A stretch of DNA of 64,000 bases from an uncultured Gemmatimonadaceae bacterium (GCA_963761305.1 CAVXGK010000002.1:512001-576000), one strand, 5' to 3'; numbered from the stretch's first letter, positions 9,279-18,738 are shown. Notes: generated from the sequence alone by a model not told the origin. Program-made: numbers and translations.

Positions 9279-10030
9279 TCGACATCCACACGCATCTCAT
9301 TCCCGGCGTCGACGACGGATCGAAGTCGATCGAGGCGTCGGTGGAGGTGCTGAAACGGTTCGCGCAGGACGGGGTCACGACGGTGGTGTGCACGCCGCAT
9401 CTGGAGGCATCTCGCGCGCGCGAGGCGCCGTTCGACCAACACGACGAGATCTTCGCTCAGCTGGTCGCCGCGGCCGAGAGACCGCCGGAGCTGAGGCGCG
9501 GATGGGAAATCCGGCTCGACGTCCCCGGAGCTGACCTCAGCGATCCGCGTCTCGGTCTTGGCGGATCGACCGCGCGGTTGGTGGAGTACGCGCGACTCGG
9601 ATTGCCGGCGAACTCCGACAAGGATCTCTTGAGGATTCACGAAAGTGGCCTGGTGCCCGTCGTGGCGCACCCGGAACGGTACTGGGGATTGACACCGGAG
9701 CTCGTCGCCCGATGGAGAGCCGCCGGTGCGGTGATTCAGATGGACGTGACGGCGATCCTCCGGCGCGGGCGCCCGCATCGGCTCGCCGAGGAGTTGATGC
9801 GCAGGGGTCTGGTGGATCTCTTCGCGAGCGACACGCACGTCGACCGGCGAACGCTGGCGATCGCGCGGGACTGGTTGGGGCAGGTGACGACGCCGGAAAA
9901 CGTCCGGCTCTTGACGTTCGAGAACGCGCGACGGCTTCTCGCAGACGAGCCGCTCGCGCCGGCCTGGCCGATCACGGTCCGTCGAAGCATGGTGCAGCGG
10001 CTCAGCGCGTTGGTGTTCGGCCGATCCTGA
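9275..10030 (+). CDS. PHP-domain protein-tyrosine phosphatase, CpsB/CapC/YwqE family
   Basis: MIDIHTHLIPGVDDG, CTPH, AHPERY, ASDTH metal-binding motifs. Confidence 0.9.
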   Translation: MIDIHTHLIPGVDDGSKSIEASVEVLKRFAQDGVTTVVCTPHLEASRAREAPFDQHDEIFAQLVAAAERPPELRRGWEIRLDVPGADLSDPRLGLGGSTARLVEYARLGLPANSDKDLLRIHESGLVPVVAHPERYWGLTPELVARWRAAGAVIQMDVTAILRRGRPHRLAEELMRRGLVDLFASDTHVDRRTLAIARDWLGQVTTPENVRLLTFENARRLLADEPLAPAWPITVRRSMVQRLSALVFGRS

Positions 10031-10063
10031 CGTTCCTTCCTTCTGAAAGCGAGCGACCGTTCC

Positions 10064-10657
10064 GTGGACACCGAGGTGAACAAGCATTTCGCCGATGGCT
10101 TGCGTGACTTGGCGGCCGTGGCGCAGCGTGTCGCCGAGTCGATGGGCGACGACCTCGATCGCGCGCTCGCCATGGTGCGCGAGACGGTCGCGCGCGGCGG
10201 CACGTTGTTCTTCTGCGGCAACGGCGGCAGCGCCGCCGACGCGCAGCACATCGCGACCGAATACGTCGTCCGGTACACGCGGAACCGCGGCGCCTATCCA
10301 GCCGTCGCATTGACGACCGACACCTCGTTGCTCACTGCGGCGGGGAATGACTTTGGCTTCGACGAGATCTTCGCGCGACAGGTGGATGCGCTCGCGAAAC
10401 CGGCGGACCTGCTGGTGATTCACTCCACGAGCGGCAACTCACCGAACGTGCTGCGGGCGGCGCAGGCGGCCAGGGCGAAGGGTGTGCGTGTGCTCGCCTT
10501 CAGCGCGCGCGACGGGGGCGAGCTGCGGGAGATCGCCGACCACTCGATCGTCATTCCCACGTCGCGGACGGACCGCGCGCAGGAACTGCACCTGTGCATC
10601 GAACATCTGATCTGCGACTACGTCGAAGCGCTCATGCTCCAGGCCGGGGGGGAAGCG
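10064..10657 (+). CDS. gmhA: D-sedoheptulose 7-phosphate isomerase domain (no stop; reads in frame into the SDR)
   Basis: CGNGGSAADAQHIA, GNDFGFDEIFARQV, STSGNSPNV, QELH motifs. Confidence 0.92.
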
Positions 10658-11416
10658 ATGATCGGTTTGAAAGGGAAGCGTGCGCTCATCACCGGCGGCT
10701 CGCGCGGCATCGGTGCGGCGACGGCGCGGCTGTTCGCCGAGTTCGGCGTCAACGTCGCCGTCGGCTATCGCAACCGGCGTGCGGACGCCGAGGAATTGGT
10801 CGCGTCGCTCAAATCGGAGTACGGCGTCACGGCGACGGCGCACGCCAGTGATATCTCGACGCTGCGCGGCGCCGAGGAGCTGGTGGGAGCCGCCGTCGCA
10901 TCGCTCGATGGACTGGACTTTTTCGTCGCCAACGCGGGAATCTGGCCCGTCGCCGACGTACCGCTCGGATCGATGAGTGACGAGCAGTGGCGGCGGACGA
11001 TCGCCGAGAACGTGGATTCGGTCTTCTACACGACGCGCGCGGCCATTCGCGCGATGAGCGACCACGGGCGCATCGTGCTGGTGTCGAGCACCGCCGGGCA
11101 GCGCGGCGAAGCGTATCACGCCGACTATGGCGCGTCGAAGGGCGCGGTGATCTCGCTCGTGAAATCGTTGGCGCCGGAATTGGCGAAGCGCGGCATCACG
11201 GTGAACAGCGTGGCGCCCGGGTGGGTGGACACCGAGATGTGCGACGAGCCGTTCGCGGGCGGCGGTCGCGAACGAATCGCGGCGGCCATCCCGATCGGAC
11301 GTATCGCCGCGGCGCGCGACATTGCCGGACCGATCGTGTTTCTCTGCTCCGATCTCGCGCGGCACATCACCGGCGAGATCGTCAACGTCAACGGCGGCAG
11401 CGTGCTCTGCGGATGA
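10658..11416 (+). CDS. SDR family NAD(P)-dependent oxidoreductase, FabG-like (second half of ORF 10064-11416, or separate gene)
   Basis: TGGSRGIG, ANAG, YGASK catalytic motif, VAPGWVDT; own ATG at 10658 after a G-rich SD-like run. Confidence 0.9.
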   Translation: MIGLKGKRALITGGSRGIGAATARLFAEFGVNVAVGYRNRRADAEELVASLKSEYGVTATAHASDISTLRGAEELVGAAVASLDGLDFFVANAGIWPVADVPLGSMSDEQWRRTIAENVDSVFYTTRAAIRAMSDHGRIVLVSSTAGQRGEAYHADYGASKGAVISLVKSLAPELAKRGITVNSVAPGWVDTEMCDEPFAGGGRERIAAAIPIGRIAAARDIAGPIVFLCSDLARHITGEIVNVNGGSVLCG

Positions 11417-12387
11417 TCGTTCTCGTCTTCACCGGCGGCACCATCTCCATGCGCCACGACCCGTCGGCCGGCGGCGCCGTGCCGACGCTCACTGGGCGCG
11501 AGATCGTCGCGCTGGCGCCCGGCATCGACAAGCTCGCGCAACTCGAGGTCGACGACTGGGGCGCGTTCCCCGGTCCGCACATGACGCCGGATCGCATGTG
11601 GGCGCTCCGCGGGCGCCTCATCGAGCATCTCGCGCGGCACGACGTCGACGGCATCGTCGTCACGCACGGTACGGACTCGCTCGAGGAAACCGCGTACCTC
11701 CTCGCGCGCTCGGTGGCGAGCAACAAGCCGATCGTGTTCACCGGCGCGATGCGTACGTCGAGCGATCTCGGATGGGACGGCCCCGGCAATCTCGGCGCGG
11801 CGATTCGCGTCGCGGCGAGCGACGAGGCGCGAGGACAGGGCGTGCTGGTGGTGATGTCGGACCGCGTGTTCACGGCGCTGGACGTGACCAAGGCACACAC
11901 CTACATGGTCGACGCGTTCGACAGTCCGGGACTGGGTCCGATCGCGGTGCTCGACGACGGTCGCGTCGTCTTCCGGCGCACGATGCACGTGCCGCCGCCG
12001 ATTCTCAACGCGTCGGCGTTGGCGCAGCCGGTGGACATCGTGTACGCCTACGCCGGATCCGACTCGCGCCTGCTCGACGCGGCGCGCGAACAGGGCAACG
12101 GCCGAGCGGTCGTTGTGGCGGGAATGGGGCGAGGCAACGTGCCCGTCGCGATGCTCGACGGCATCGAACGATGGTTCGCGGAAGGAAAGCCGGTGGTGAT
12201 CACGTCGCGCATCGGTCGAGGACGCGTGGGTCACACCTACGGCTATCCCGGCGGCGGGCGACGCCTGGCCGAACGCGGAGCGATCTTCGCGGGCTCGCGA
12301 CGCCCGCAGCAGGCTCGGCTCGAGGTGATGCTTGGACTCGGGGCCGGGCTCGATCTGGCCGGTTTGCGCGATCTACTCGAGTCGTAG
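11413..12387 (+). CDS. L-asparaginase/glutaminase (classical bacterial family)
   Basis: TGGTISM, HGTDSLEET, PIVFTGAMR, DGPGNL motifs; ATGA overlap with the SDR stop. Confidence 0.92.
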   Translation: MIVLVFTGGTISMRHDPSAGGAVPTLTGREIVALAPGIDKLAQLEVDDWGAFPGPHMTPDRMWALRGRLIEHLARHDVDGIVVTHGTDSLEETAYLLARSVASNKPIVFTGAMRTSSDLGWDGPGNLGAAIRVAASDEARGQGVLVVMSDRVFTALDVTKAHTYMVDAFDSPGLGPIAVLDDGRVVFRRTMHVPPPILNASALAQPVDIVYAYAGSDSRLLDAAREQGNGRAVVVAGMGRGNVPVAMLDGIERWFAEGKPVVITSRIGRGRVGHTYGYPGGGRRLAERGAIFAGSRRPQQARLEVMLGLGAGLDLAGLRDLLES

Positions 12388-12406
12388 CTCGCCTACGACA
12401 AGAGGA

Positions 12407-12856
12407 CTACTGAGTCCGGGGCTCCCAACGCGCGAAACAGCGCCAGTCGAATTCGTCGGCGGCGCGGATTTGATCGGGGTAGCCGAAGACGTCGAGCCAA
12501 CCTTCCTGCTCGGCGCGCCAGCGGCAGTCCCAGACGAACTCGTAGACGTGCGTGTCCGTGCTCGTGTGCACGTGGACGACGCCGACGAAATCCGAGCAGC
12601 CGGAGCGCGCGCTGAGCGCGACGTGCTCCACGGCGAGCTCCGGTTCGGCCTCGAGCACGTGCGTGAGGAGTCGGCGGATCTTGATCCGCGGCATCGGGCG
12701 GTCGAGCCGCACGCGGTCGAGCGGCGATGCATCGTAGCCGTGAGCGTGATACATGCTCCGGACGACGTGCTTGAACGGCTCGGCGGCCATCGAACGGGCC
12801 AGCAACTCTTCCAACTCGCTCAATGCGACGATCCTCGAACGTGAATTCTTCGACAG
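12407..12856 (-). CDS. Hypothetical protein (about 140-150 aa)
   Basis: 3' half of ORF 12407-13318 is protein-like (EFVWDCRWRAEQEGWLDVFGYPDQIRAA) and fills the only gap; start uncertain (CTG 12856, TTG 12823). Confidence 0.65.
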   Translation of the reverse strand: MSKNSRSRIVALSELEELLARSMAAEPFKHVVRSMYHAHGYDASPLDRVRLDRPMPRIKIRRLLTHVLEAEPELAVEHVALSARSGCSDFVGVVHVHTSTDTHVYEFVWDCRWRAEQEGWLDVFGYPDQIRAADEFDWRCFARWEPRTQ

Positions 12857-12962
12857 AAAATATCGACCGGACCGGGCACAAGCTGTACTGGGCACACCTT
12901 CACCGGACCCACCGCCGCGGCTATTCTCCACCGCTCGTTCGCGCCGATCCGACCCCCCCGCA

Positions 12963-14273
12963 ATGACCCGTCTCCATCCGCCGGCCACCGTCCTTGACAT
13001 CGCGCAACGCCTCGAGTCGGCGGGATTCGAGGCGTGGTGCGTGGGCGGCGCCGTGCGCGACGCGCTGCTCGGCGAAACGCACCTCGACTGGGATCTGGCG
13101 ACGTCGGCGACCCCGGACGAAGTACGGCAGGTGTTTGGTGCGCGCCGGACGATTCCGGTGGGCATCGAGTTCGGAACGGTTGGCGTGCTCGATCGCGAAG
13201 GCACGATGCACGAGGTGACGACGTTCCGCCGCGACGTGAAGACGGACGGGCGCCACGCGGTTGTCGAATTTGGCGTGTCACTCGACGACGACCTGGCGCG
13301 ACGCGACTTCACGATCAACGCGATCGCTTATTCGCCCAAGCGCGACCAACTGCGCGACCCGTTCGGCGGCCAGCGCGACTTGAACGCGGGGATCGTGCGC
13401 GCAGTGGGCGACGCGGACGCTCGCATGCGCGAGGACCGGTTGCGCGCGCTGCGCGGCATTCGATTCGCCGCGCGGTTCGGTTTCGACATCGAGCCCGCGA
13501 CGCGGCGAGCGATGGACGCAAGCGCGCCGTACCTGGGCCGGCTGTCGGCCGAACGCGTGAAGCAGGAGTTGGACAAGACGTTCGAGCAGGTGCGCCGGCC
13601 GAGTGGCGCGCTGACGATCTGGCAGAAGTCCGGCGCGTTCGGGTCGCTGATTCCCGCGTTGGCCGGTGTGACGGCCGATGCGCTGGCGGTGTGTGACTAC
13701 GCGGCGCGGCCGGGGCTCGCGCGTCGTCCGTCGCGGCGGTCGGTCAGGTATGCGGCCCTCCTCGCGCCGCTCGGCGCGCGCGAGGCGGAGTCGGTGCTGG
13801 TGGGGCTGCGGAGCTCGAAGCTCGAACTGAGAGCGGTCACGGAGATCATCGCCGCGTGGGACGCGAACGGAGCGGCCATCGGCGCGTCGATTTCGGCCCC
13901 GAGCGAGCCGAGCGATGCGAACGTTCGCCGGTGGGTGGCCGCCGTCTCGCGCCTGGCGGTGGGGCCTTTGATGCGCCTCGCCTGGGCGATCTGGGCAGCG
14001 GAACGCGCGGCGGGACGGCCGGCCCCGTCGCCACGCGCCGCGTGCCGCCTCTACCGGCGCATGCTCATGATTTCTTTGCGCGACCCCATCGATCTCGGCG
14101 GGCTCGCCGTGGACGGCGACGATCTGCGCCGCGCCGGCATTCCGGCCGGCCCCGGCCTCGGTAAGATTCTCCAGTCCCTGCTCGACGCGGTCATCGACGA
14201 CCCGGCGAGCAATACGCCCGACTGGTTGTTGCGCGAAGCGGCGCGCCTGCACGGCGACGCCACCCATCGCTAG
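12963..14273 (+). CDS. cca: CCA tRNA nucleotidyltransferase (class II)
   Basis: VGGAVRD..LDWD, EVTTFRRDVKTDGRHA loop, RRDFTINA, EDRLR template motif. Confidence 0.9.
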   Translation: MTRLHPPATVLDIAQRLESAGFEAWCVGGAVRDALLGETHLDWDLATSATPDEVRQVFGARRTIPVGIEFGTVGVLDREGTMHEVTTFRRDVKTDGRHAVVEFGVSLDDDLARRDFTINAIAYSPKRDQLRDPFGGQRDLNAGIVRAVGDADARMREDRLRALRGIRFAARFGFDIEPATRRAMDASAPYLGRLSAERVKQELDKTFEQVRRPSGALTIWQKSGAFGSLIPALAGVTADALAVCDYAARPGLARRPSRRSVRYAALLAPLGAREAESVLVGLRSSKLELRAVTEIIAAWDANGAAIGASISAPSEPSDANVRRWVAAVSRLAVGPLMRLAWAIWAAERAAGRPAPSPRAACRLYRRMLMISLRDPIDLGGLAVDGDDLRRAGIPAGPGLGKILQSLLDAVIDDPASNTPDWLLREAARLHGDATHR

Positions 14274-14283
14274 ACGGATCGAC

Positions 14284-14811
14284 ATGTTCTTTCGCGGACG
14301 ACAACCGGAGGCGTCGATCTGGCGCCGATTCCGCGTGAGCGCGGACGGCTTCACGTTCGAGCGCGAGGGCGACCTCTACGTCGCTCGAGTCGTCGCCAAC
14401 GCGGAGCGCGTCGTCGATCTGTTCTACGCGCTGAGCGAACAGCTGCCGCCCGCGGTCGACGTGGCGATCGACGACCTCCGCAGCGGCCGCTCGTGGAAGG
14501 GCGAGGCGGTCGCGCTGCCCGACGTCCGCGACTCGGTCGCGCGACTCAAGATCCTCCTCGCTCGCTACGGCGGCGTCGAGTTCGCCGTGTACACCGGCGA
14601 CGACCAGCTCACGGTGAATCCGCACCTCGACCTGTTCATCTACGCGCGCACGGATCGCTGGCTGTACCTCCTCGAAGGGAAGGGCATCGAGGAACAGGCG
14701 CGCGTGCGGGCGAAGAGCTGGCGCGTGAATCGCCAGCATTTCCCGGCAGCGCCGGATCTCGTGAACGCGGTGACGACGGCGGCCGACCGGCTCGGACTCG
14801 CTCCGACATGA
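14284..14811 (+). CDS. Hypothetical protein
   Basis: 175-aa ORF with host-like codon usage, ATGA-coupled to the downstream ZIP gene; no motif recognised. Confidence 0.8.
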   Translation: MFFRGRQPEASIWRRFRVSADGFTFEREGDLYVARVVANAERVVDLFYALSEQLPPAVDVAIDDLRSGRSWKGEAVALPDVRDSVARLKILLARYGGVEFAVYTGDDQLTVNPHLDLFIYARTDRWLYLLEGKGIEEQARVRAKSWRVNRQHFPAAPDLVNAVTTAADRLGLAPT

Positions 14812-15524
14812 ACTCGGCGGCACTCGCGTACGGCACCGCGGCCGCGTTGGCGAACGTCATGGGTGCGGCGGCGGTGGCCTCGCGCGCGTCGTGGAGCGTA
14901 CGCGTGCTCGACGCGCTGCTTTCGTTCGCCGCCGGGTTTCTGATCTCGGTCTCCGTGGTGGATCTCTTCCCGCAGTCGATCACGGTCGCCGGTTCGGTCG
15001 CGCCGGCGTTCGTTCTGGCATCGTATTTGGCCGTGCATTTCACGCAACACACGATCGGCCAACATTTTCATTTCGGCGAAGAGACGCACACGGTGTCGGA
15101 GATGGTGAGCGTGTCGGCGTTGATCGGATTGCTCATGCACACGTTCGTGGACGGCGTCGCGGTGACGAGCAGTCTGCGCGTCAGCCAGGGGCTTGGCGCG
15201 TTGGTGTTCGTGGCGGTGCTGCTGCACAAATTTCCGGAAGGGCTCGCGATCTCGAGCTTGTTTATGGCCGCGGGCGCGCGGCGCCGCGTGGCGATCCTGG
15301 CGGCCGCGGCGCTCGGCCTCAGCACCATCGCTGGTGTTCTCCTGACGGACTCGTCGACGTTCCTGCAGACGTACGGCCTCGCGATCGCCGCCGGCGTCAC
15401 GCTGTACGTCGGCGCGTCGAATCTCGTGCCCGAGCTTCAGCATCGCAGCGGCGCGCGCATCCCGATCAGCTTCGCGGCCGGCTGCGGTTTGTACTTCGTC
15501 GCCCGCTCGCTGGCGACGGTCTGA
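14808..15524 (+). CDS. ZIP family divalent metal transporter
   Basis: Multiple TM helices, HFHFGEETH loop, HTFVDG and HKFPEG signature helices. Confidence 0.92.
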   Translation: MNSAALAYGTAAALANVMGAAAVASRASWSVRVLDALLSFAAGFLISVSVVDLFPQSITVAGSVAPAFVLASYLAVHFTQHTIGQHFHFGEETHTVSEMVSVSALIGLLMHTFVDGVAVTSSLRVSQGLGALVFVAVLLHKFPEGLAISSLFMAAGARRRVAILAAAALGLSTIAGVLLTDSSTFLQTYGLAIAAGVTLYVGASNLVPELQHRSGARIPISFAAGCGLYFVARSLATV

Positions 15525-15541
15525 GCGCAGGACGTGTGAGC

Positions 15542-16921
15542 ATGAGCGATCGTCGGCGCCGCGCGGACGAATCGGCGACTTCGGGCCCCGGCACCGGCTC
15601 GTTGTTCGAGTCGCCGGCCAGCCAGCCGCTCGCGGCGCGCATGCGGCCGCGCACGCTCGACGAGATCGTCGGACAACAACACCTCCTTGCTCCGGGCAAG
15701 CCGCTCCGCGAGGCGATCGAGCGCGGCACGATCGGCTCGGTGCTGTTCTGGGGGCCGCCGGGCTCCGGCAAGACGACGATCGCGCGCGTCATTGCCCGCT
15801 ACACCGATCGTGAGTTCGTGCCGTTCTCCGCGGTCACCGAAGGAGTGCCGCGCGTGCGAGAGATCGTGGCCGACGCCGAAGGGCGGCGCCGGCTCGGCCG
15901 CGGTACGATCCTCTTCGCCGATGAGATCCATCGCTTCAACAAGGCGCAGCAGGACGCGTTTCTTCCGCACGTCGAAGCGGGCACGATCACGCTCATCGGC
16001 GCGACGACCGAGAATCCATCGTTCGAGATCATCGGCGCGCTCCTGTCGCGCGTGCGCGTCTTCGTGCTAGAGCCGCTGTCGCCGCACGATCTTCGCGCGC
16101 TCGTCGACCGTGCTCTCGCCGACGGCGAACGCGGGCTCGGCGACCTCTCGCTCGAGATTGACGACGACGCGGCGGACTTGATCGCCACCGAGGCCGACGG
16201 CGACGCGCGGCGCGTGCTCACGATTCTGCAGGCGGCCGCCGACCACGTCGGACGCAACGGGCACATCACAGTCGACGTCGCCAAGGAAGCGCTGCAGCTG
16301 CGATTCGCCAGGTACGACAAGGGCGGCGAAGAGATGTACAACATGCTGAGCGCCTTTCACAAAAGTTTGCGCGGCAGCGATCCGCAGGGCGCGCTCTACT
16401 GGATGGGCCGCATGATCGAGGGCGGCGGCGATCCGATGATCATGTTCCGCCGCGCGATCGCGATGGCCGCTGAAGACGTCGGGCTGGCCGACCCCGAAGC
16501 GCTCAAGCTCGCGGTGGCCGCGCGTGACGCGTATCACATGCTGGGTCCGCCGGAGGGGTACCTCCCGCTAGCCGAAATGGTCGTCTATCTGGCCACGGCG
16601 CCGAAGTCGAATCGGTCGATGCTCGCTCTCGTTGCCGCGCGCGAAGCGGCGCGCGCGAATCCCGCCGAGCCGGTGCCGCTGCACATCCGCAACGCGCCGA
16701 CCGGTCTGATGAAGGAACTGGGCTATGGCACGGGGTATCAGTACGCTCACGACGCCCCGGAAGCCTACATTCCGCAGGACTATCTCCCGGAGCGACTCAA
16801 GGGCTCGCGCTTCTACGAGCCCGGCCCGTTCGGCTTCGAGAAAGAGATCGCCAAGCGCTTGGCGTGGTGGGAAGAGCTTCGGCGGCGCAACGAGAAAGGT
16901 GAGGAGGAGGGCAGGCGATGA
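15542..16921 (+). CDS. rarA: Replication-associated recombination protein A (MgsA/RarA)
   Basis: PLAARMRPRTLDEIVGQQHL, GPPGSGKTT, DEIHRFNKAQQD, SAFHKSLRGSD, VPLHIRNAPT. Confidence 0.96.
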   Translation: MSDRRRRADESATSGPGTGSLFESPASQPLAARMRPRTLDEIVGQQHLLAPGKPLREAIERGTIGSVLFWGPPGSGKTTIARVIARYTDREFVPFSAVTEGVPRVREIVADAEGRRRLGRGTILFADEIHRFNKAQQDAFLPHVEAGTITLIGATTENPSFEIIGALLSRVRVFVLEPLSPHDLRALVDRALADGERGLGDLSLEIDDDAADLIATEADGDARRVLTILQAAADHVGRNGHITVDVAKEALQLRFARYDKGGEEMYNMLSAFHKSLRGSDPQGALYWMGRMIEGGGDPMIMFRRAIAMAAEDVGLADPEALKLAVAARDAYHMLGPPEGYLPLAEMVVYLATAPKSNRSMLALVAAREAARANPAEPVPLHIRNAPTGLMKELGYGTGYQYAHDAPEAYIPQDYLPERLKGSRFYEPGPFGFEKEIAKRLAWWEELRRRNEKGEEEGRR

Positions 16922-17394
16922 AGAAACTCGCAGTCAAAGCGCTGCTGGCGACGACGGTCGCGATCGCCGCGTGCTCGTTCCTCGGACGCCAGGCGTTCAA
17001 GCAGCCGGTCGTGCGTCTGCGCGACGTGCGCGTGCGCGGCATCGGTCTCACCGGCGGCAGCCTCGACGTCGTGCTCTCCGTGTACAACCCGAACCACTAC
17101 CGTCTCGACGCCACCAAGCTGACGTACGTCGTGCTGCTCAACAGTGACAGCGTCACGCTCGCCAGTGGCGCCCTCGACAAGCAGTTCACGGTCAACGACA
17201 ACGATTCGTCCGTCGTCACGATTCCCGTGAACTACTCGTACGCCGGCATCGGTGCCGCGGAGCGCACGCTCGCACGGACGGGCGCCGTCGACTACCACGT
17301 GCGCGGCGACGTGACCGTCGGCTCGACGGTCGGGCACTACACGGTACCGTACTCGTCCACCGGGCGGTTCACGACGACTGGCCTCGGGCGCTAG
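16918..17394 (+). CDS. LEA type 2 / WHy-domain lipoprotein
   Basis: Lipobox-like IAAC; LSVYNPN motif; beta-rich. Confidence 0.85.
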   Translation: MKKLAVKALLATTVAIAACSFLGRQAFKQPVVRLRDVRVRGIGLTGGSLDVVLSVYNPNHYRLDATKLTYVVLLNSDSVTLASGALDKQFTVNDNDSSVVTIPVNYSYAGIGAAERTLARTGAVDYHVRGDVTVGSTVGHYTVPYSSTGRFTTTGLGR

Positions 17395-17427
17395 CTTCCC
17401 GGAGATGGATTCGCCGAGGATGCTCGA

Positions 17428-18738
17428 ATAACGCGGGCGCCGATCGTCGTCGCCCCGCCCGAAGAACGGGCGCTGCTCGTGGGCGCGCCTCTCAAGCGGC
17501 CCGGCGCTCGGCGTCTGGCCGACGAACATTTGCGTGAGCTCGCCGATCTCGCCGACACCGCCGGCGCCAGAATCGCGGGCGAGCTCTTCCAGCAAATCGA
17601 TCGGCCGAATCCCGGCACGTACCTCGGCAGCGGCAAGATCGACGAGCTGCGCGACCTCGTGACCAGCACGAACGCGACGCTCGTCATCTTCGACGACGAG
17701 CTCTCGCCGAGCCAGGGGAAGAACATCGAGGACGCGATCGGCACGCGCGTGATGGATCGCGCGGAATTGATCTTAGACATCTTCGCCACGCGCGCGCGTT
17801 CGGCGGAAGCGAAGATGCAGGTCGAGCTCGCGCAACTCGAGTATTCACTCCCGCGGCTCATGCGCATGTGGACGCACCTCGAGAAGTTCCGTGGCGGTAT
17901 CGGCGTCCGAGGCCCCGGCGAAACGCAGCTCGAGACCGACCGCCGCCTGATCAGTCATCGCATCAAAGTGCTGCGCGACCGGCTGCGCGACGTCCAACGC
18001 GGGCGCGCGATTCAACGACAGGCGCGGCGCTCGGAGTTTCGCGCGTCGCTCGTCGGGTACACGAACGCGGGCAAGTCGTCGGTGCTGCGCGCCCTGTCGG
18101 GTGCGAGCGACATCGTCGTCGAGAACCGGCTGTTCGCGACGCTCGACCCGTTGACGCGCGACGTCGATCTGGGAGACAACGCGCACGTTCTGATCACCGA
18201 CACCGTCGGGTTCATTCGCAAGCTGCCGCACCATCTCGTCGCCTCGTTCCGAGCGACACTCGAGGAAGCGCGCGAGGCGGATCTTCTCCTCCACGTCATC
18301 GACGCCAGCTCGCCGTCGTGGCCGGACCAGGAAGAGGTCGTGAATCAGGTCTTGTCCGAGCTCGAGGTGTCGGGCCGCGACACGCTGCTCGTCTTCAACA
18401 AGGTTGACCTGCTCGAGCACGACGCGCTCATCGCGCTGCAGACGCAAGTGCGCGACGGGGCGACGCCGGCCGTGTTCGTGTCGGCGGTGGCGGACGGCGG
18501 GCTGGAGCCGCTGCGTCGCGCGCTCGCCTCGATGATTCGCGCCAAACGTCCGATGGCGTCGATCTCGGTCTCGCCCGCGGACGGGAAGCTCATCGCCGAG
18601 ATTCATCGGCAGGGTGAAGTGCTGGACCAGCGCATGGAAGGGGACCGGCTCGTCATCGAAGCGCGGATCGACGCCGCGCTCGCCGGCCGGCTCGAACGTG
18701 CCGGCGCGGTCGTCACGAACGGAAAGGCCCCGCACTGA
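17428..18738 (+). CDS. hflX: Ribosome-splitting GTPase HflX (start uncertain, see findings)
   Basis: ERALLVG, ILDIFATRA, GPGETQLETDRR, GYTNAGKS, LFATLDP, DTVGFI, NKVD. Confidence 0.96.
   Translation: MTRAPIVVAPPEERALLVGAPLKRPGARRLADEHLRELADLADTAGARIAGELFQQIDRPNPGTYLGSGKIDELRDLVTSTNATLVIFDDELSPSQGKNIEDAIGTRVMDRAELILDIFATRARSAEAKMQVELAQLEYSLPRLMRMWTHLEKFRGGIGVRGPGETQLETDRRLISHRIKVLRDRLRDVQRGRAIQRQARRSEFRASLVGYTNAGKSSVLRALSGASDIVVENRLFATLDPLTRDVDLGDNAHVLITDTVGFIRKLPHHLVASFRATLEEAREADLLLHVIDASSPSWPDQEEVVNQVLSELEVSGRDTLLVFNKVDLLEHDALIALQTQVRDGATPAVFVSAVADGGLEPLRRALASMIRAKRPMASISVSPADGKLIAEIHRQGEVLDQRMEGDRLVIEARIDAALAGRLERAGAVVTNGKAPH

Noticed and set aside
12332..12844. Plus-strand 170-aa ORF between the asparaginase and cca
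   Set aside because: Reads as the antisense shadow of the minus-strand ORF, which has a more protein-like composition; not formally excluded
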